Part shown: positions 61,380 to 64,000 of the stretch, piece after piece
How positions within the stretch are numbered: position 1 is the stretch's first letter
Layout: each line of letters opens with the position of its first letter
Source of the DNA: Camelus dromedarius
Taxonomy: Eukaryota
Length of the DNA stretch: 64,000 bases
Reading direction: 5' to 3'
NCBI RefSeq assembly: GCF_036321535.1
Contig: NC_087437.1
Span: 121,894,001-121,958,000 of the forward strand
Made by a program: the position numbers and the translations under genes
Notes under the pieces: generated by a model
Database searches by the model: none
Seen by the model: only the letters and a program-made list of their open reading frames with translations
Told to the model about the DNA's origin: nothing

Positions 61380-63110
61380 CTACTCCAGACTTGGCCTCTG
61401 GGGTCAAGATACGCACACGCTTCAGTTCCCCTTTTAAATTGGGTAGTATGCTGCAAAGTGTGCCACGTGACTGGGAGCACTGCTTTTAAAGGGTTGTGTA
61501 GTTTCCACTACATGGATGTAGGTATTATTTTCTTAAATCATTCCCTTTTTGTTAAATACATTTGGGTTTTCTCCAAATCTGTGACTGATGTCAGTGGCCG
61601 TGAGGTCGGCATCCTTTTGCTTAAGTCGGCTCCCGCTCGTGCCGAGGCCGTACTGCAGTCTTGGTCCACGCGGGCTCCCTGGTCAGAGGAGAGGGACACC
61701 GAGGGACATGTTAAAGAGGCGTCTGCGCAGCTGCCAGCCTGCCCTCGAGCTGGCGGATGAGGGCAGCATGCAGTGCCAGGGCTCCTGTCCTCCCAAAATG
61801 TGGGGCTCCTGTCCCCGCAAAACGCCAGAACTCCCCGCATCTCCCGTGTGGACAGAGTCTGGCACAGGCGGGGGACCCTTCCGCCAGAGCCCGTGCGCCC
61901 TCCTCGTGTGTCAGCGCTCCTGTTTCACTGAAGACATTCAGCGTGGTGTTGGGGACAGACGTGGCCCCCAGCAGACAGTCATTCTCCTTTAATCGGACGT
62001 GGGCGCTTTGGGCCCCTACCTCAGAATTTCCCTATGTGATGTCTCCTCTGGTGTTTGCGTTCGGAAACCCTTCCTCGCCCTGCAGTGCGGGGTGGCCGCT
62101 TGCGTTTTCTTTGCTGCTTTTCCTTTGGCATCGGCTGTGTAACCCACTTGGGGTTAGTTTGATGTATGTTATTAGGGGAACATGTAAGTTAATTTGTCTC
62201 ACAAAGACTGAAAACACAACTTGTTGAAAAATGCTTCCTCTTCCCGACGCCTGGGGCAGCTGCTCGCGCCCTGTACGTGCAGCTTACGCAGAGCTGTCGT
62301 CCACACCAGCGCCTGCTCCCGCGTCCTCCAGTTGCTCTGTTCGTTCTTGTGCTGCTACTTTTTGAATTATTTTAGTTTTATGGTATATTTATCTGACGAT
62401 CCCAGTATGTAAAAAAACCTGGCTGTTCTTGGCTGCTCTATCTCTGGATGAAACTAGGGTGATCTTCAACTTGAAAAGTTAATCAGATTAGCATTTCATC
62501 TCAAACGGATCAGACCTATAGCTTAACTTGTGAACAGCTGATGTTCTAGCAGAATTCAGCTTCCAACAGAGGGAGGCGCTGTCTCTTGGTTTCTTCTGTT
62601 ACCAGCCTTCAGTGACACTTTACAGCTTTCTTGCTGTACGTTTTCTCTTCTGAGCTCTTTCCTAACTTGTTTATATTCTCTACTTACTGTATTTGGGATT
62701 TTCCCTGTGCTGTTTCTCTGATACTTCAGTTTTTACGTGTTTGCACACAGCCATGCTTCTCGTTGCTGTAGGTTCTGGACTGAATTGCCTTGGTGCTGAC
62801 TCGCCCCAAGCGCTTTCAGCCCGCGTGTGCTCGCCGCGGCGGCTGTCTGGTACGTGGTCTTCACCCGGCTACACAAGTTTCCTTCCAGTGCTTGACTGTT
62901 GCTTGTTTTTTGAAATCAAAAATAAGAGCTGCATCTTACTGAATGTTCATTGCTGCTCTTGAGATGGTCCCAGGGTTGTCTCCTTTCATCTCTCAATGTA
63001 GAGAATTCCACTGGTGAGACTCCAGGTGTTGATTCTTGGAATAAACCTTGTAAGATCTATAGCTTCTTGATACTTTTTAATGCCCTCCAACTGCAGTACC
63101 TTTCGAAATT
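61380..63110 (-). mobile_element. Very degenerate antisense L1ME-like remnants
   Basis: 'tagtttccactacatggatg', 'tacatttgggttttctcc', 'gtagagaattccactggtgagactccagg'. Confidence 0.45.
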
Positions 63111-63125
63111 TTGTTTGGGCTTGAG

Positions 63126-63237
63126 TAAGGGTTAGTAGTGTGTTAGAGCTGGAGTTAAGGTTAGTACTAAGACGGGGTTAGTGTGCACATCCGTTACAGT
63201 GAAGGTTAGGACTAGGGTGAGGGTGGGGTAGGGTGAG
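63126..63237 (+). repeat. Degenerate (GGGTTA)-like low-complexity tract
   Basis: Recurrent ggttag/gggtga/gggtag units. Confidence 0.5.
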
Positions 63238-64000
63238 TTTCTGCGTCATACCCAAGGGGGAAATGCCCCCGGGACGCTGGGTGTCCTGCCACTCTGTGGT
63301 CCCACTTCGCTCTGTGGTCTTGACCTCTAGCTGAAGTGAGTCAGCTGGTGGGAAGAAGGGCTGCGATGGGGGTCCAGCCACTGCCTTTTAAGGGTTAGAA
63401 GCCCGCGTTCTGCCAACTGTCATGGTGCTGTGTACTAACAGTGTTATGCGGGGCCAGGTGAACACTGGTGGCGTTACACGGACTAGACGTCTGCTAGTGG
63501 GGTGGTAGGGTGGCTGGGCCACACGGTCTCCTCTGCAGCAGCCCCAGGGCAGTCACAGCTCTGTGGTCACGGCAGAGGGACGGGCGGGGGACAGCCGGCT
63601 GGCTGCCGCAGCAAGGATGAGGGTGTGCAGCATGAGGAGGAGAGGACTGCGGCCGGGAGGGAGGGACCTCGCAGGGGTGGTTGCTGGTTAGACGTGGAGC
63701 CCATTGCTGTGAGGTCAGGACGTTCCGGCTCGTCGAGGGGGAGCTCACCTGGCGGCTTCCTGCCCTCGAGAGCATTGCCAGGGCCTCCAGATGGTGTCGC
63801 CTGGCTCCGTTGCTCCCCCGCCTCCCCAGGTTCTGACTGGCTCTTTATTCCGCCGGGTGTTTCACAGGCCTGGCACCTCTCCTGGGGCACAGAGAGGGGC
63901 CCGGTGCGTGGGTACCACCCAGACTGGTCCACGCAGGCCCCAAGGCTCCCGTTTGCTTCCTTCCTTCCTTCTCTTGGCTTCTTCCATTTTGGAGGACTCG

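Overview
Mammalian, non-coding-dominated genomic DNA, most likely from a camelid: it has five copies of a tRNA-Ala-like SINE of the Vic-1 type plus artiodactyl/camelid-style L1 3' ends. I could not identify any intact protein-coding gene; the ORF track is explained by broken L1/transposase fragments, a (TTTC)n microsatellite and GC-rich chance ORFs. The left ~35 kb is a nested graveyard of LINE-1s with L2, LTRs (MLT1, MER21, LTR41-like) and a Charlie1a. The right ~29 kb is GC/CpG-richer, with old repeats (MER44/Tigger7, Tigger1, MIR, L1MD/ME) and AT-rich unique islands that look like conserved non-coding elements, as in a long intron or gene desert in a distal chromosome region. The best observations are retrotransposition events readable from the sequence: a near full-length L1 with a probable 3' transduction ending at an MLT1A LTR poly(A) site, a 3'UTR-only RPLP0 retrocopy with a perfect TSD, a TSD-flanked retrocopy of an ERV-LTR transcript end, rearranged L1s and a very young L1 insertion. 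I found no evidence for a novel multi-gene system. Repeat family names come from recalled consensus sequences, not a database search, and boundaries of old repeats are approximate.
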